In this document: positions 44,201-57,874 of the stretch, piece by piece
Layout of the letters: the number at the start of each line of letters is the position of its first letter
Position numbering within the stretch: position 1 is the first letter of the stretch
Assembly: GCA_051362555.1 (NCBI GenBank)
Contig: CM120647.1
Coordinates: 2,356,001-2,420,000 of the forward strand
Length of the DNA stretch: 64,000 nt
Direction: 5' to 3'
From: Lingula anatina
Taxonomy: Eukaryota > Animalia > Brachiopoda
Program-made: the position numbers and the translations under genes
Notes under the pieces: model-generated
Told to the model about the DNA's origin: nothing
Seen by the model: the letters and a program-made list of their open reading frames with translations, nothing else
Databases searched by the model: none

Positions 44201-47200
44201 GCATATAAATTTGAAAAAACTGAAAATTACATTGAGAAGTCTGCCAAATTCGGTGCCTTAATATAGTTAAACGTTAATAATTTTGACAAATCTAGTCCAA
44301 TATCTGTGAAATTTGGAGAGATGATGCATAACAACAATAAAAATCTGTGATAACCTCATCAGTTGACTGTTTCTAGTGAAAAAAATTTTTTCAACAATAT
44401 AATTTAGAAAACTGAATGTTACATTGAAAAGACTGCCAAAGTCCATGACTTCAAATAGTTAAACATTAATAATTTTGACAAATCTTGTCCAATATGTGTG
44501 GAATTTGGACAAATGATGCTGAACAATAATAAAAATCTGTGATAAGCTAATCAGTTGACTGGGTCCAATGAAAAAGTTCTTTTTGGACAATAAATTTGAC
44601 AAAACTGAAAATAACACTGAAAAGACTGCCAAATTTCATGGCATAAAATAGTTAAACGTTAATAACTTTGACAAATCTTGTCCAATATTTGTGAAATTGG
44701 GGCATATGATGCTGAACAATAATAAAAATCTGTGGTAAGCTTATCAGTTGACTGTGTGTGATAGAAGTGTAATTGTCCTCTGAAAAAAATATATACCCAT
44801 TCGAGACTTCTCCTTACTACCAATACCAGATGCAGATTCCTCCTTACAATTGGTTTCTGGAATCAGGTTTAGCACACCATTTGACAATGTTCTAAAGCTT
44901 GCCATATACCATCTATTGTTCACATGGATGAGACAGACCATTGCTCTTGCTGTTGTGCTGTTGTCTTTCACTGCCTGTTTTTTTCTACAGGAATTCGCCA
45001 TGACCAGACAGGAAGAATCACTTCATCAAAAAACCCACCACGCTGTATGGAAAAAGGTTATCTGGAAAAAGGACAATATATTTGAAAAAAGTGAAAATTA
45101 AATTTTAAAAATTGACAAATTTTACAGACTAAAATAGTTAAACATTAATAACTTTGATAAAGTTAAGTTTAACAGTTGACTGTGTCTAATAAAAAGGATA
45201 TCTTTGGAACTGAAAATAACACTGAAAAGACTGCCAAAGTCCTTGACTTCAAATAGTTAAACATTAATAATTTTGACAAATCAAGTCCAATATTTGTGAA
45301 ATTTGTACCAATCATGCATAACATCAATAAAAATCTGTGAAAAGCAAATCAGTTGACAATGTCCAATGAAAAAGATTTTTTCAGAACATATAAGTTTGAG
45401 AAAACTGAAAATGACATTGAAAACACTGACAATGCTTTGCCTTAAAATAGTTAAACGTTAATAATTTTGACAAATCTAGTCCAATATTTGCGAAATTTGG
45501 ATAGATGATGCATAACAACAATAAAAATCTGTGAAAAGCTCATCAGTTGACTTTGTCTCATGAAAAAGATATTTTCAGAGCATATAAATTTGAAAAAACT
45601 GAAAATTACATTGAGAAGTCTGCCAAATTCGGTGCCTTAATATAGTTAAACGTTAATAATTTTGACAAATCTAGTCCAATATCTGTGAAATTTGGAGAGA
45701 TGATGCATAACAACAATAAAAATCTGTGATAACCTCATCAGTTGACTGTTTCTAGTGAAAAAAATTTTTTCAACAATATAATTTAGAAAACTGAATGTTA
45801 CATTGAAAAGACTGCCAAAGTCCATGACTTCAAATAGTTAAACATTAATAATTTTGACAAATCTTGTCCAATATGTGTGGAATTTGGACAAATGATGCTG
45901 AACAATAATAAAAATCTGTGATAAGCTAATCAGTTGACTGGGTCCAATGAAAAAGTTCTTTTTGGACAATAAATTTGACAAAACTGAAAATAACACTGAA
46001 AAGACTGCCAAATTTCATGGCATAAAATAGTTAAACGTTAATAACTTTGACAAATCTTGTCCAATATTTGTGAAATTGGGGCATATGATGCTGAACAATA
46101 ATAAAAATCTGTGGTAAGCTTATCAGTTGACTGTGTGTGATAGAAGTGTAATTGTCCTCTGAAAAAAATATATACCCATTCGAGACTTCTCCTTACTACC
46201 AATACCAGATGCAGATTCCTCCTTACAATTGGTTTCTGGAATCAGGTTTAGCACACCATTTGACAATGTTCTAAAGCTTGCCATATACCATCTATTGTTC
46301 ACATGGATGAGACAGACCATTGCTCTTGCTGTTGTCTTTCACTGCCTGTTTTTTTCTACAGGAATTCGCCATGACCAGACAGGAAGAATCAGTTCATCAA
46401 AAAACCCACCACGCTGTATGGAAAAAGGTTATCTGGAAAAAGGACAATATATTTGAAAAAAGTGAAAATTAAATTTTAAAAATTGACAAATTTTACAGAC
46501 TAAAATAGTTAAACATTAATAACTTTGATAAAGTTAAGTTTAACAGTTGACTGTGTCTAATAAAAAGGATATCTTTGGAACTGAAAATAACACTGAAAAG
46601 ACTGCCAAAGTCCTTGACTTCAAATAGTTAAACATTAATAATTTTGACAAATCAAGTCCAATATTTGTGAAATTTGTACCAATCATGCATAACATCAATA
46701 AAAATCTGTGAAAAGCAAATCAGTTGACAATGTCCAATGAAAAAGATTTTTTCAGAACATATAAGTTTGAGAAAACTGAAAATGACATTGAAAACACTGA
46801 CAATGCTTTGCCTTAAAATAGTTAAACGTTAATAATTTTGACAAATCTAGTCCAATATTTGCGAAATTTGGATAGATGATGCATAACAACAATAAAAATC
46901 TGTGAAAAGCTCATCAGTTGACTTTGTCTCATGAAAAAGATATTTTCAGAGCATATAAATTTGAAAAAACTGAAAATTACATTGAGAAGTCTGCCAAATT
47001 CGGTGCCTTAATATAGTTAAACGTTAATAATTTTGACAAATCTAGTCCAATATCTGTGAAATTTGGAGAGATGATGCATAACAACAATAAAAATCTGTGA
47101 TAACCTCATCAGTTGACTGTTTCTAGTGAAAAAAATTTTTTCAACAATATAATTTAGAAAACTGAATGTTACATTGAAAAGACTGCCAAAGTCCATGACT

Positions 47201-50200
47201 TCAAATAGTTAAACATTAATAATTTTGACAAATCTTGTCCAATATGTGTGGAATTTGGACAAATGATGCTGAACAATAATAAAAATCTGTGATAAGCTAA
47301 TCAGTTGACTGGGTCCAATGAAAAAGTTCTTTTTGGACAATAAATTTGACAAAACTGAAAATAACACTGAAAAGACTGCCAAATTTCATGGCATAAAATA
47401 GTTAAACGTTAATAACTTTGACAAATCTTGTCCAATATTTGTGAAATTGGGGCATATGATGCTGAACAATAATAAAAATCTGTGGTAAGCTTATCAGTTG
47501 ACTGTGTGTGATAGAAGTGTAATTGTCCTCTGAAAAAAATATATACCCATTCGAGACTTCTCCTTACTACCAATACCAGATGCAGATTCCTCCTTACAAT
47601 TGGTTTCTGGAATCAGGTTTAGCACACCATTTGACAATGTTCTAAAGCTTGCCATATACCATCTATTGTTCACATGGATGAGACAGACCATTGCTCTTGC
47701 TGTTGTGCTGTTGTCTTTCACTGCCTGTTTTTTTCTACAGGAATTCGCCATGACCAGACAGGAAGAATCAGTTCATCAAAAAACCCACCACGCTGTATGG
47801 AAAAAGGTTATCTGGAAAAAGGACAATATATTTGAAAAAAGTGAAAATTAAATTTTAAAAATTGACAAATTTTACAGAATAAATAGTTAAACATTAATAA
47901 CTTTGATAAAGTTAAGTTTAACAGTTGACTGTGTCTAATAAAAAGGATATCTTTGGAACTGAAAATAACACTGAAAAGACTGCCAAAGTCCTTGACTTCA
48001 AATAGTTAAACATTAATAATTTTGACAAATCAAGTCCAATATTTGTGAAATTTGTACCAATCATGCATAACATCAATAAAAATCTGTGAAAAGCAAATCA
48101 GTTGACAATGTCCAATGAAAAAGATTTTTTCAGAACATATAAGTTTGAGAAAACTGAAAATGACATTGAAAACACTGACAATGCTTTGCCTTAAAATAGT
48201 TAAACGTTAATAATTTTGACAAATCTAGTCCAATATTTGCGAAATTTGGATAGATGATGCATAACAACAATAAAAATCTGTGAAAAGCTCATCAGTTGAC
48301 TTTGTCTCATGAAAAAGATATTTTCAGAGCATATAAATTTGAAAAAACTGAAAATTACATTGAGAAGTCTGCCAAATTCGGTGCCTTAATATAGTTAAAC
48401 GTTAATAATTTTGACAAATCTAGTCCAATATCTGTGAAATTTGGAGAGATGATGCATAACAACAATAAAAATCTGTGATAACCTCATCAGTTGACTGTTT
48501 CTAGTGAAAAAAATTTTTTCAACAATATAATTTAGAAAACTGAATGTTACATTGAAAAGACTGCCAAAGTCCATGACTTCAAATAGTTAAACATTAATAA
48601 TTTTGACAAATCTTGTCCAATATGTGTGGAATTTGGACAAATGATGCTGAACAATAATAAAAATCTGTGATAAGCTAATCAGTTGACTGGGTCCAATGAA
48701 AAAGTTCTTTTTGGACAATAAATTTGACAAAACTGAAAATAACACTGAAAAGACTGCCAAATTTCATGGCATAAAACAGTTAAACGTTAATAACTTTGAC
48801 AAATCTTGTCCAATATTTGTGAAATTGGGGCATATGATGCTGAACAATAATAAAAATCTGTGGTAAGCTTATCAGTTGACTGTGTGTGATAGAAGTGTAA
48901 TTGTCCTCTGAAAAAAATATATACCCATTCGAGACTTCTCCTTACTACCAATACCAGATGCAGATTCCTCCTTACAATTGGTTTCTGGAATCAGGTTTAG
49001 CACACCATTTGACAATGTTCTAAAGCTTGCCATATACCATCTATTGTTCACATGGATGAGACAGACCATTGCTCTTGCTGTTGTCTTTCACTGCCTGTTT
49101 TTTTCTACAGGAATTCGCCATGACCAGACAGGAAGAATCACTTCATCAAAAAACCCACCACGCTGTATGGAAAAAGGTTATCTGGAAAAAGGACAATATA
49201 TTTGAAAAAAGTGAAAATTAAATTTTAAAAATTGACAAATTTTACAGACTAAAATAGTTAAACATTAATAACTTTGATAAAGTTAAGTTTAACAGTTGAC
49301 TGTGTCTAATAAAAAGGATATCTTTGGAACTGAAAATAACACTGAAAAGACTGCCAAAGTCCTTGACTTCAAATAGTTAAACATTAATAATTTTGACAAA
49401 TCAAGTCCAATATTTGTGAAATTTGTACCAATCATGCATAACATCAATAAAAATCTGTGAAAAGCAAATCAGTTGACAATGTCCAATGAAAAAGATTTTT
49501 TCAGAACATATAAGTTTGAGAAAACTGAAAATGACATTGAAAACACTGACAATGCTTTGCCTTAAAATAGTTAAACGTTAATAATTTTGACAAATCTAGT
49601 CCAATATTTGCGAAATTTGGATAGATGATGCATAACAACAATAAAAATCTGTGAAAAGCTCATCAGTTGACTGTGTCTCATGAAAAAGATATTTTCAGAG
49701 CATATAAATTTGAAAAAACTGAAAATTACATTGAGAAGTCTGCCAAATTCGGTGCCTTAATATAGTTAAACGTTAATAATTTTGACAAATCTAGTCCAAT
49801 ATCTGTGAAATTTGGAGAGATGATGCATAACAACAATAAAAATCTGTGATAACCTCATCAGTTGACTGTTTCTAGTGAAAAAAATTTTTTCAACAATATA
49901 ATTTAGAAAACTGAATGTTACATTGAAAAGACTGCCAAAGTCCATGACTTCAAATAGTTAAACATTAATAATTTTGACAAATCTTGTCCAATATGTGTGG
50001 AATTTGGACAAATGATGCTGAACAATAATAAAAATCTGTGATAAGCTAATCAGTTGACTGGGTCCAATGAAAAAGTTCTTTTTGGACAATAAATTTGACA
50101 AAACTGAAAATAACACTGAAAAGACTGCCAAATTTCATGGCATAAAATAGTTAAACGTTAATAACTTTGACAAATCTTGTCCAATATTTGTGAAATTGGG

Positions 50201-52130
50201 GCATATGATGCTGAACAATAATAAAAATCTGTGGTAAGCTTATCAGTTGACTGTGTGTGATAGAAGTGTAATTGTCCTCTGAAAAAAATATATACCCATT
50301 CGAGACTTCTCCTTACTACCAATACCAGATGCAGATTCCTCCTTACAATTGGTTTCTGGAATCAGGTTTAGCACACCATTTGACAATGTTCTAAAGCTTG
50401 CCATATACCATCTATTGTTCACATGGATGAGACAGACCATTGCTCTTGCTGTTGTGCTGTTGTCTTTCACTGCCTGTTTTTTTCTACAGGAATTCGCCAT
50501 GACCAGACAGGAAGAATCAGTTCATCAAAAAACCCACCACGCTGTATGGAAAAAGGTTATCTGGAAAAAGGACAATATATTTGAAAAAAGTGAAAATTAA
50601 ATTTTAAAAATTGACAAATTTTACAGACTAAAATAGTTAAACATTAATAACTTTGATAAAGTTAAGTTTAACAGTTGACTGGGTCTAATAAAAAGGATAT
50701 CTTTGGAACTGAAAATAACACTGAAAAGACTGCCAAAGTCCTTGACTTCAAATAGTTAAACATTAATAATTTTGACAAATCAAGTCCAATATTTGTGAAA
50801 TTTGTACCAATCATGCATAACATCAATAAAAATCTGTGAAAAGCAAATCAGTTGACAATGTCCAATGAAAAAGATTTTTTCAGAACATATAAATTTGAGA
50901 AAACTGAAAATGACATTGAAAACACTGACAATGCTTTGCCTTAAAATAGTTAAACGTTAATAATTTTGACAAATCTAGTCCAATATTTGCAAAATTTGGA
51001 TAGATGATGCATAACAACAATAAAAATCTGTGAAAAGCTCATCAGTTGACTTTGTCTCATGAAAAAGATATTTTCAGAGCATATAAATTTGAAAAAACTG
51101 AAAATTACATTGAGAAGTCTGCCAAATTCGGTGCCTTAATATAGTTAAACGTTAATAATTTTGACAAATCTAGTCCAATATCTGTGAAATTTGGAGAGAT
51201 GATGCATAACAACAATAAAAATCTGTGATAACCTCATCAGTTGACTGTTTCTAGTGAAAAAAATTTTTTCAACAATATAATTTAGAAAACTGAATGTTAC
51301 ATTGAAAAGACTGCCAAAGTCCATGACTTCAAATAGTTAAACATTAATAATTTTGACAAATCTTGTCCAATATTTGTGGAATTTGGTCAAATGATGCTGA
51401 ACAATAATAAAAATCTGTGATAAGCTCATCAGTTGACTGGGTCCAATGAAAAAGTTCTTTTTGGACAATAAATTTGACAAAACGGAAAATAACACTGAAA
51501 AGACTGCCAAATTTCATGGCATAAAATAGTTAAACGTTAATAACTTTGACAAATCTTGTCCAATATTTGTGAAATTGGGGCATATGATGCTGAACAATAA
51601 TAAAAATCTGTGGTAAGCTTATCAGTTGACTGTGTGTGATAGAAGTGTAATTGTCCTCTGAAAAAAATATATACCCATTCGAGACTTCTCCTTACTACCA
51701 ATACCAGATGCAGATTCCTCCTTACAATTGGTTTCTGGAATCAGGTTTAGCACACCATTTGACAATGTTCTAAAGCTTGCCATATACCATCTATTGTTCA
51801 CATGGATGAGACAGACCATTGCTCTTGCTGTTGTCTTTCACTGCCTGTTTTTTTCTACAGGAATTCGCCATGACCAGACAGGAAGAATCAGTTCATCAAA
51901 AAACCCACCACGCTGTATGGAAAAAGGTTATCTGGAAAAAGGACAATATATTTGAAAAAAGTGAAAATTAAATTTTAAAAATTGACAAATTTTACAGACT
52001 AAAATAGTTAAACATTAATAACTTTGATAAAGTTAAGTTTAACAGTTGACTGTGTCTAATAAAAAGGATATCTTTGGAACTGAAAATAACACTGAAAAGA
52101 CTGCCAAAGTCCTTGACTTCAAATAGTTAA
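38270..52130. repeat. HOR domain 4: ~10 copies of a 1370-1379 bp six-monomer unit (F-A-B-C-D-E)
   Basis: ORF positions 39254, 40624, 41994, 43365, 44744, 46123, 47494, 48872, 50243 and 51622 give spacings of 1370, 1370, 1371, 1379, 1379, 1371, 1378, 1371 and 1379. Confidence 0.95.
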
Positions 52131-54510
52131 ACATTAATAATTTTGACAAATCAAGTCCAATATTTGTGAAATTTGTACCAATCATGAATAACATCAATAA
52201 ATAACTGTGAAAAGCAAATCAGTTGACAATGTCCAATGAAAAAGATTTTTTCAGAACATATAAATTTGAGAAAACTGAAAATGACATTGAAAACACTGAC
52301 AATGCTATGCCTTAAAATAGTTAAACGTTAGTAATTTTGACAAATCTAGTCCAATATTTGCGAAATTTGGATAGATGATGCATAACAACAACAAAAATCT
52401 GTGAAAAGCTCATCAGTTGACTGTGTCCCATAAAAAAGATATTTTCAGAGCATATAAATTTGAAAAAACTGAAAATTACGGTGAGAAGTCTGCCAAATTC
52501 GGTGCCTTAATATAGTTAAACGTTAATAATTTTGACAAATCTTGTCCAATATTTGTGAAATTTGGGCATATGATGCTGAAGAATAATTAAAATCTGTGGT
52601 AAGCTTATCAGTTGACTGTGTGTAATAAAAGTGTAATTGCCCTCTGAAAAAAAATATATACCCACTCAAGACTTCTCCTTACTACCAATACCAGATGCAG
52701 ATTCCTCCTTACAATTTGTTTCTGGAATCGAGTTTAGCACACCATTTGTTCTAAAGCTTGCCACATACCATCTATTGTACACATGGATGAGACAGACCAT
52801 TGCTCTTGCTGTTGTCTTTCACTGCCTGTTTTTTCTACAGGAATTCGCCATGACCAGACAGGAAGAATCAGTTCATCAAAAAACCCACCACGCTGTATGG
52901 AAAAAGGTTATCTGGAAAAAGGACAATATATTTGAAAAAAGTGAAAATTAAATTTTAAAAATTGACAAATTTTACAGACTAAAATAGTTAAACATTAATA
53001 ACTTTGATAAAGTTAAGTTTAACAGTTGACTGTGTCTAATAAAAAGGATATCTTTGGAACTGAAAATAACACTGAAAAGACTGCCAAAGTCCTTGACTTC
53101 AAATAGTTAAACATTAATAATTTTGACAAATCAAGTCCAATATTTGTGAAATTTGTACCAATCATGCATAACATCAATAAAAATCTGTGAAAAGCAAATC
53201 AGTTGACAATGTCCAATGAAAAAGATTTTTTCAGAACATATAAATTTGAGAAAACTGAAAATGACATTGAAAACACTGACAATGCTATGCCTTAAAATAG
53301 TTAAACGTTAATAATTTTGACAAATCTAGTCCAATATTTGCGAAATTTGGATAGATGATGCATAACAACAATAAAAATCTGTGAAAAGCTCATCAGTTGA
53401 CTGTGTCTCATGAAAAAGATATTTTCAGAGCATATAAATTTGAAAAAACTGAAAATTACATTGAGAAGTCTGCCAAATTTGGTGCCTTAATATAGTTAAA
53501 CGTTAATAATTTTGACAAATCTAGTCCAATATCTGTGAAATTTGGAGAGATGATGCATAACAACAATAAAAATCTGTGATAAGCTCATCAGTTGACTGGG
53601 TCCAATGAAAAAGTTCTTTTTGGACAATAAATTTGACAAAACTGAAAATAACACTGAAAAGACTGCCAAATTTCATGGTATAAAATAGTTAAACGTTAAT
53701 AATTTTGACAAATCTAGTCCAATATCTGTGAAATTTGGAGAGATGATGCATAACAACAATAAAAATCTGTGATAACCTCATCAGTTGACTGTTTCTAGTG
53801 AAAAAGATTTTTTCAACAATATAATTTAGAAAACTTAATGTTACATTGAAAAGACTGCCAAAGTCCATGACTTCAAATAGTTAAACATTAATAATTTTGA
53901 CAAATCTTGTCGAATATTTATGGAATTTGGACAAATGATGCTGAACAATAATAAAAATCTGTGATAAGCTCATCAGTTGACTGGGTCCAATGACAATAAA
54001 TTTGACAAAACTGAAAATAACACTGAAAAGACTGCCAAATTTCATGGTATAAAATAGTTAAACATTAATAATTTTGATAAATCTTGTCCAATATTTGGGA
54101 AATTTGGGCATATGATGCTGAAGAATAATTAAAATCTGTGGTAAGCTTATCAGTTGACTGTGTGTAATAAAAGTGTAATTGCCCTCTGAAAAAAAATATA
54201 TTCCCATTCAAGACTTCTCCTTACTACCAATACCAGATGAAGATTCCTCCTTACAATTTGTTTCTGGAATCGGGTTTAGCACACCATTTGACAATGTGCT
54301 AAAGCTTGCCACATACCATCTATTGTACACATGGATGAGACAGACCATTGCTCTTGCTGTTGTCTTTTGCTGCCTGTTTTTTCTACAGGAATTAGCCATG
54401 ACCAGACAGGAAGATTCAGTTCACCAAAAAACCCACCAAGCTGTATGGAAAAGGTCACCTGGAAAAAGAACAATATATTTGAAAAAAAGTGAAAATTAAA
54501 TTTCAAAATT

Positions 54511-54978
54511 GTATATATAGTGATCCAGATATATTTACCTGTGGGTGCTTGTGTCACAGGTGTCTGTACATAAATATCGTCTAATATATCAGTGAATCAT
54601 ACACTGTATATATAGTGATCCAGATATATTTACCTGTGGGTGCTGGTGTCATAGGTATCTGTACATAAATATCTTCTACTATATCAGTGACATCATACAC
54701 TGTATATATAGTGGTACTGATATTTACCTGTCGGTGCTGGTGTCACAGGTGTCTGTACATAAATATCTTCTACTATATCAGTGACAGCATCCACTGTATA
54801 TATAGTGGTACTGATATTTACCTGTGGGTGCTGGTGTCACAGGTGTCTGTACATAAACATCTACTATATCAGTGACATCATACACTGTATATATAGTGGT
54901 ACTGATATTTACCTGTGGGTGCTGGTGTCACAGATGTCTGTACATTAATATCTTTTACTATATCAGTGACATCATACA

Positions 54979-55034
<56 letters not shown>

Positions 55035-55080
55035 GTACTGATATTTACCTGTGGGTGCTGGTGTCACAGGTGTCTGTACA
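54511..55080. repeat. ~94-bp minisatellite, ~5.7 copies, with a (TA)n expansion in the last unit
   Basis: Unit starts GTATATATA(GTG) at 54511, 54606, 54702, 54796, 54887 and 54981. The (TA) run spans 54982-55031. Confidence 0.95.
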
Positions 55081-55360
55081 CTGGGAATAAAAGTAACAGG
55101 ACCTCCTGGTGGCTGAACCCCTGGGATGAAAGTGACTGCAGCTTGTGTAGTTGGTGTTCCTAGTCAAAAAAAGTTACAGTATACTGCACTGACAAATGAA
55201 GTGTCAAGTGTAGCTTTAAGGGGCACCATGCTATAGGAAAAGAACTTTTTTCGCTAATTTTCTCTTATGTTTTCCCAGTTTTCTTTGCAGGCCAAGTGGT
55301 TATCTTGTTCCCACTCCCCACATTATACACATGTAGGTCTCTAGTTAATAGTTTGAACAG

Positions 55361-55404
55361 GTGTGTGTGTGTGAGTGTGTGTGTGTGTGTGTGAGTGTGT
55401 GTGT
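55361..55404. repeat. (GT)n microsatellite, imperfect
   Basis: GTGTGT...GAGTGT run. Confidence 0.95.
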
Positions 55405-56722
55405 ACCCATCTGATCTATTTTAAGTTACGTCACTATATGGACATATTTCAGGATTTTGATACTTTTGATTTTTTTTTCTTTATTTAGTACATTTTCCAA
55501 GTTTTCTTCACAACCAATGTTTTGCTTGGCTTGTCGCACTACAGGTGTACACTACTGCTTCAGTATATGGCCCATTTTAAAAATTATCTTTGTCACATCT
55601 TTTTCATCTTTGTGTTATTGGATTGGATTATTTTAATAGCATGACTTTGAGGTGATAAGAAATTAAGCTCAGAGATTAATTAAACAAGGATACTTCACAT
55701 TTTCCATGGGGATAAAGGACAAACATAATTAAAAAATTAAGCTGAAGGCAGATACAATTTAACATGGAAAGTACATTCTTTATTGGAATTGTGACATGTT
55801 TCACATATGCGGGGAAATAATATCATGATTTTATTTTCTATGACTCTCTGAGATAAATAAAGTTTGGAGCTTTCACATTAGGTGACAAAAGGGATGTTAA
55901 GATATATTTTTTTTGCAAGTTCAGATAGTAAAACTGGCCACGGTGTTACATTCCTGACATGAGTACCACAGTGGCAGGAACAACATTTATCCCCCTTCGC
56001 AACCTGAAGGCACTTGTGACGCAGATTTCATATTCAAAGAAAAAGGTAAATTTAACTGATGGTTGGTTTAAAAAGTATTTATCTTTTATGTGAAACACCA
56101 AAGAAAGAACCGTAGAAAGAAATAGTCTAAGCTACATTTTGGTAATTTTTGTATTGATCACTAAATTTGAAAAAAGGGTTCTTTAGTAGTGCAATCTTTG
56201 CCATAAACTTTTCAGTTTTCTGGCCAATTGGACCACCAGTTTCCTAAAATCTACTGCATTTACTGAGGTCCAAGTAAATTTTTGAATAGACTAGACATTT
56301 TCACTATTGCATTACTATTTGTAATAACAAGACACTGATTCTGTCAAATGGGGTTAGATCCAGTGGAGAACTTCTTTAACTACAAGCAATAAGTTGAAGA
56401 AATACCATGGGCAGTTTTCAAAGAATGTGACTTTAAAAAAGTTTGAATCAGTTGCAGCTAAATAGTGTTACACTCATGACATTGTGGCTATATTTTCAGC
56501 TTTTCACTTTTACTTTTTTTTTTTTTTTTTTTGCAGTAATGAACAACCTTGTGGGGAGATAAAACAGTGTTATAAGTTGTAAATTGCAACAATTTTTACA
56601 AAATTTCTAAAATCTCATTCAAAAATTTTAAAATAGCCCATAAAGAAAATTTTGAAAATCATGCAGCAACAAATGGGTATCCATTAAAGTTCGATTCCTG
56701 GTCTGGTAGGTGATTTTTCTGT

Positions 56723-56772
56723 GGGGAGGGGGGGGGGGGGGGGGGTGCTGCCGTTGTGATCAGGTGCTCAGT

Positions 56773-56809
<37 letters not shown>
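56723..56809 (+). repeat. Two poly-G tracts (G-quadruplex capable)
   Basis: G runs at 56723-56745 and 56773-56809. Confidence 0.9.
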
Positions 56810-56810
<1 letters not shown>

Positions 56811-57080
56811 GTGACCATTCTCTCAAACAATCAGACGAGAATTATAAAGTTTTCAAAAGATCGACAGGGCGTTAGCTGACAGTGGTGCAAAATTTCAAAG
56901 TCGCTTTTATCCGGGAGATTTGGTTACATGTAGGCTACGGGTGACGGGGAGATTCGCTTTGTATTCAGGAGACTCCCAGATTATGTATACTACAAGCCCA
57001 AATGAATGTCTCTCCGACGACCAACTTTGACTTCATAAAAAATATGGATGTCCTACCACCAGTTTGTGTTGATTAGATCT

Positions 57081-57874
57081 ATCCGCTGACCCCTTCCTCC
57101 CCCCCCCCCCCTCCCCCCTTCAAATAATCCTGGATCCGCCCCTGAGATCTATGGTTTTGTAGGATAAAAATGAAAGACACGAATGTAGATAAGATTTATC
57201 TGTTATCACAAACCAGAAGTCTTAGAGCATTTATCAGAAGGGAAGCAAATAGTCTTTATACTTACCCAATAAACTAAATTGCACTCCTCTTCGATTGTGT
57301 TAACTTGCAAAATTACATGTATTCCGCGCTTTCCCAAAAATCTTCACTGAATCTTTGCATATGTAAGGCGAGGTGCCAGTGGCAATTGAATGGGAGAAGA
57401 TGACATTTTCTTACGTCGTTAATATTCCTAGATATATTCCATAACGTGCGAAATGCTTGAAAATAGTATTCCGATCCGAATGAACAAGTCCTGTTGATGA
57501 AAAAAAGACCGCAGTGAAAACACAATCAACATACCTGTCACAACTAACACACTATATCGGAGGAGAATCGGGGCACATCAAGCGCATCCCAGTTCAGCGC
57601 TACGTTCAAGCTATTTCGGCCTAGATCTTTTGATTTTTAGTTCAAATATGAATTGATGATATTTTGGTTGAAAAGGATTTGAAATATTCATTATTTAAAA
57701 GGATCCCACTGTTCATTATTTAAAAGAATAAAAAGTTATTTTTTACAATCCCTTTTTTATTTTAATTTTCTGGGATGGTAGGCCTACCGGTATTGTTTGA
57801 TGTCCATTGCCCGATATGATCCAGGATCCAGGATTATTTGAAGGGGGGGAGGGGGGGGGGGGTCCGCCGCGGAT
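57081..57874. mobile_element. Pair of inverted MITE-like terminal fragments (57081-57144 and 57824-57874)
   Basis: CCCCCCTTCAAATAATCCTGGATCC is the exact reverse complement of GGATCCAGGATTATTTGAAGGGGGG. The match extends into the poly-C/poly-G runs. The first copy ends CCTGGATCCGCCCCTG, a terminus type common in invertebrate non-autonomous DNA transposons. Confidence 0.6.

Larger units (their letters stand above)
1..54510. repeat. Satellite DNA array, ~192-195 bp monomers in higher-order repeats (continues off the left edge)
   Basis: Anchor GTTAAAC(G/A)TTAATAATTTTGACAAATC recurs throughout. It falls at 39757, 39951, 40146, 40338, 40531, 41008 and 41127, giving monomers of 194, 195, 192, 193, 477 and 119 bp (sum 1370). 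All monomers have the same orientation. The array stops at ~54510. Confidence 0.98.

Noticed and set aside
1-54510. CRISPR-like repeat/spacer array
   Set aside because: The sequences between conserved motifs are homologous monomer variants rather than unique spacers. The context is eukaryotic and there are no cas genes.
638-54557. Dozens of 60-108 aa ORFs as a tandem gene family
   Set aside because: They overlap on both strands, often start at non-ATG codons, run into satellite monomer sequence, and are freely frameshifted or truncated among copies.
54687-55163. ORFs with YIYIYI repeats
   Set aside because: Translation of the minisatellite and the (TA)n run.
55216-56379. TTAA-flanked Kolobok/piggyBac-like element (TTAAGGGGCACC... 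and ...GGAGAACTTCTTTAA)
   Set aside because: The two ends are not inverted copies of each other, so no element can be delimited.
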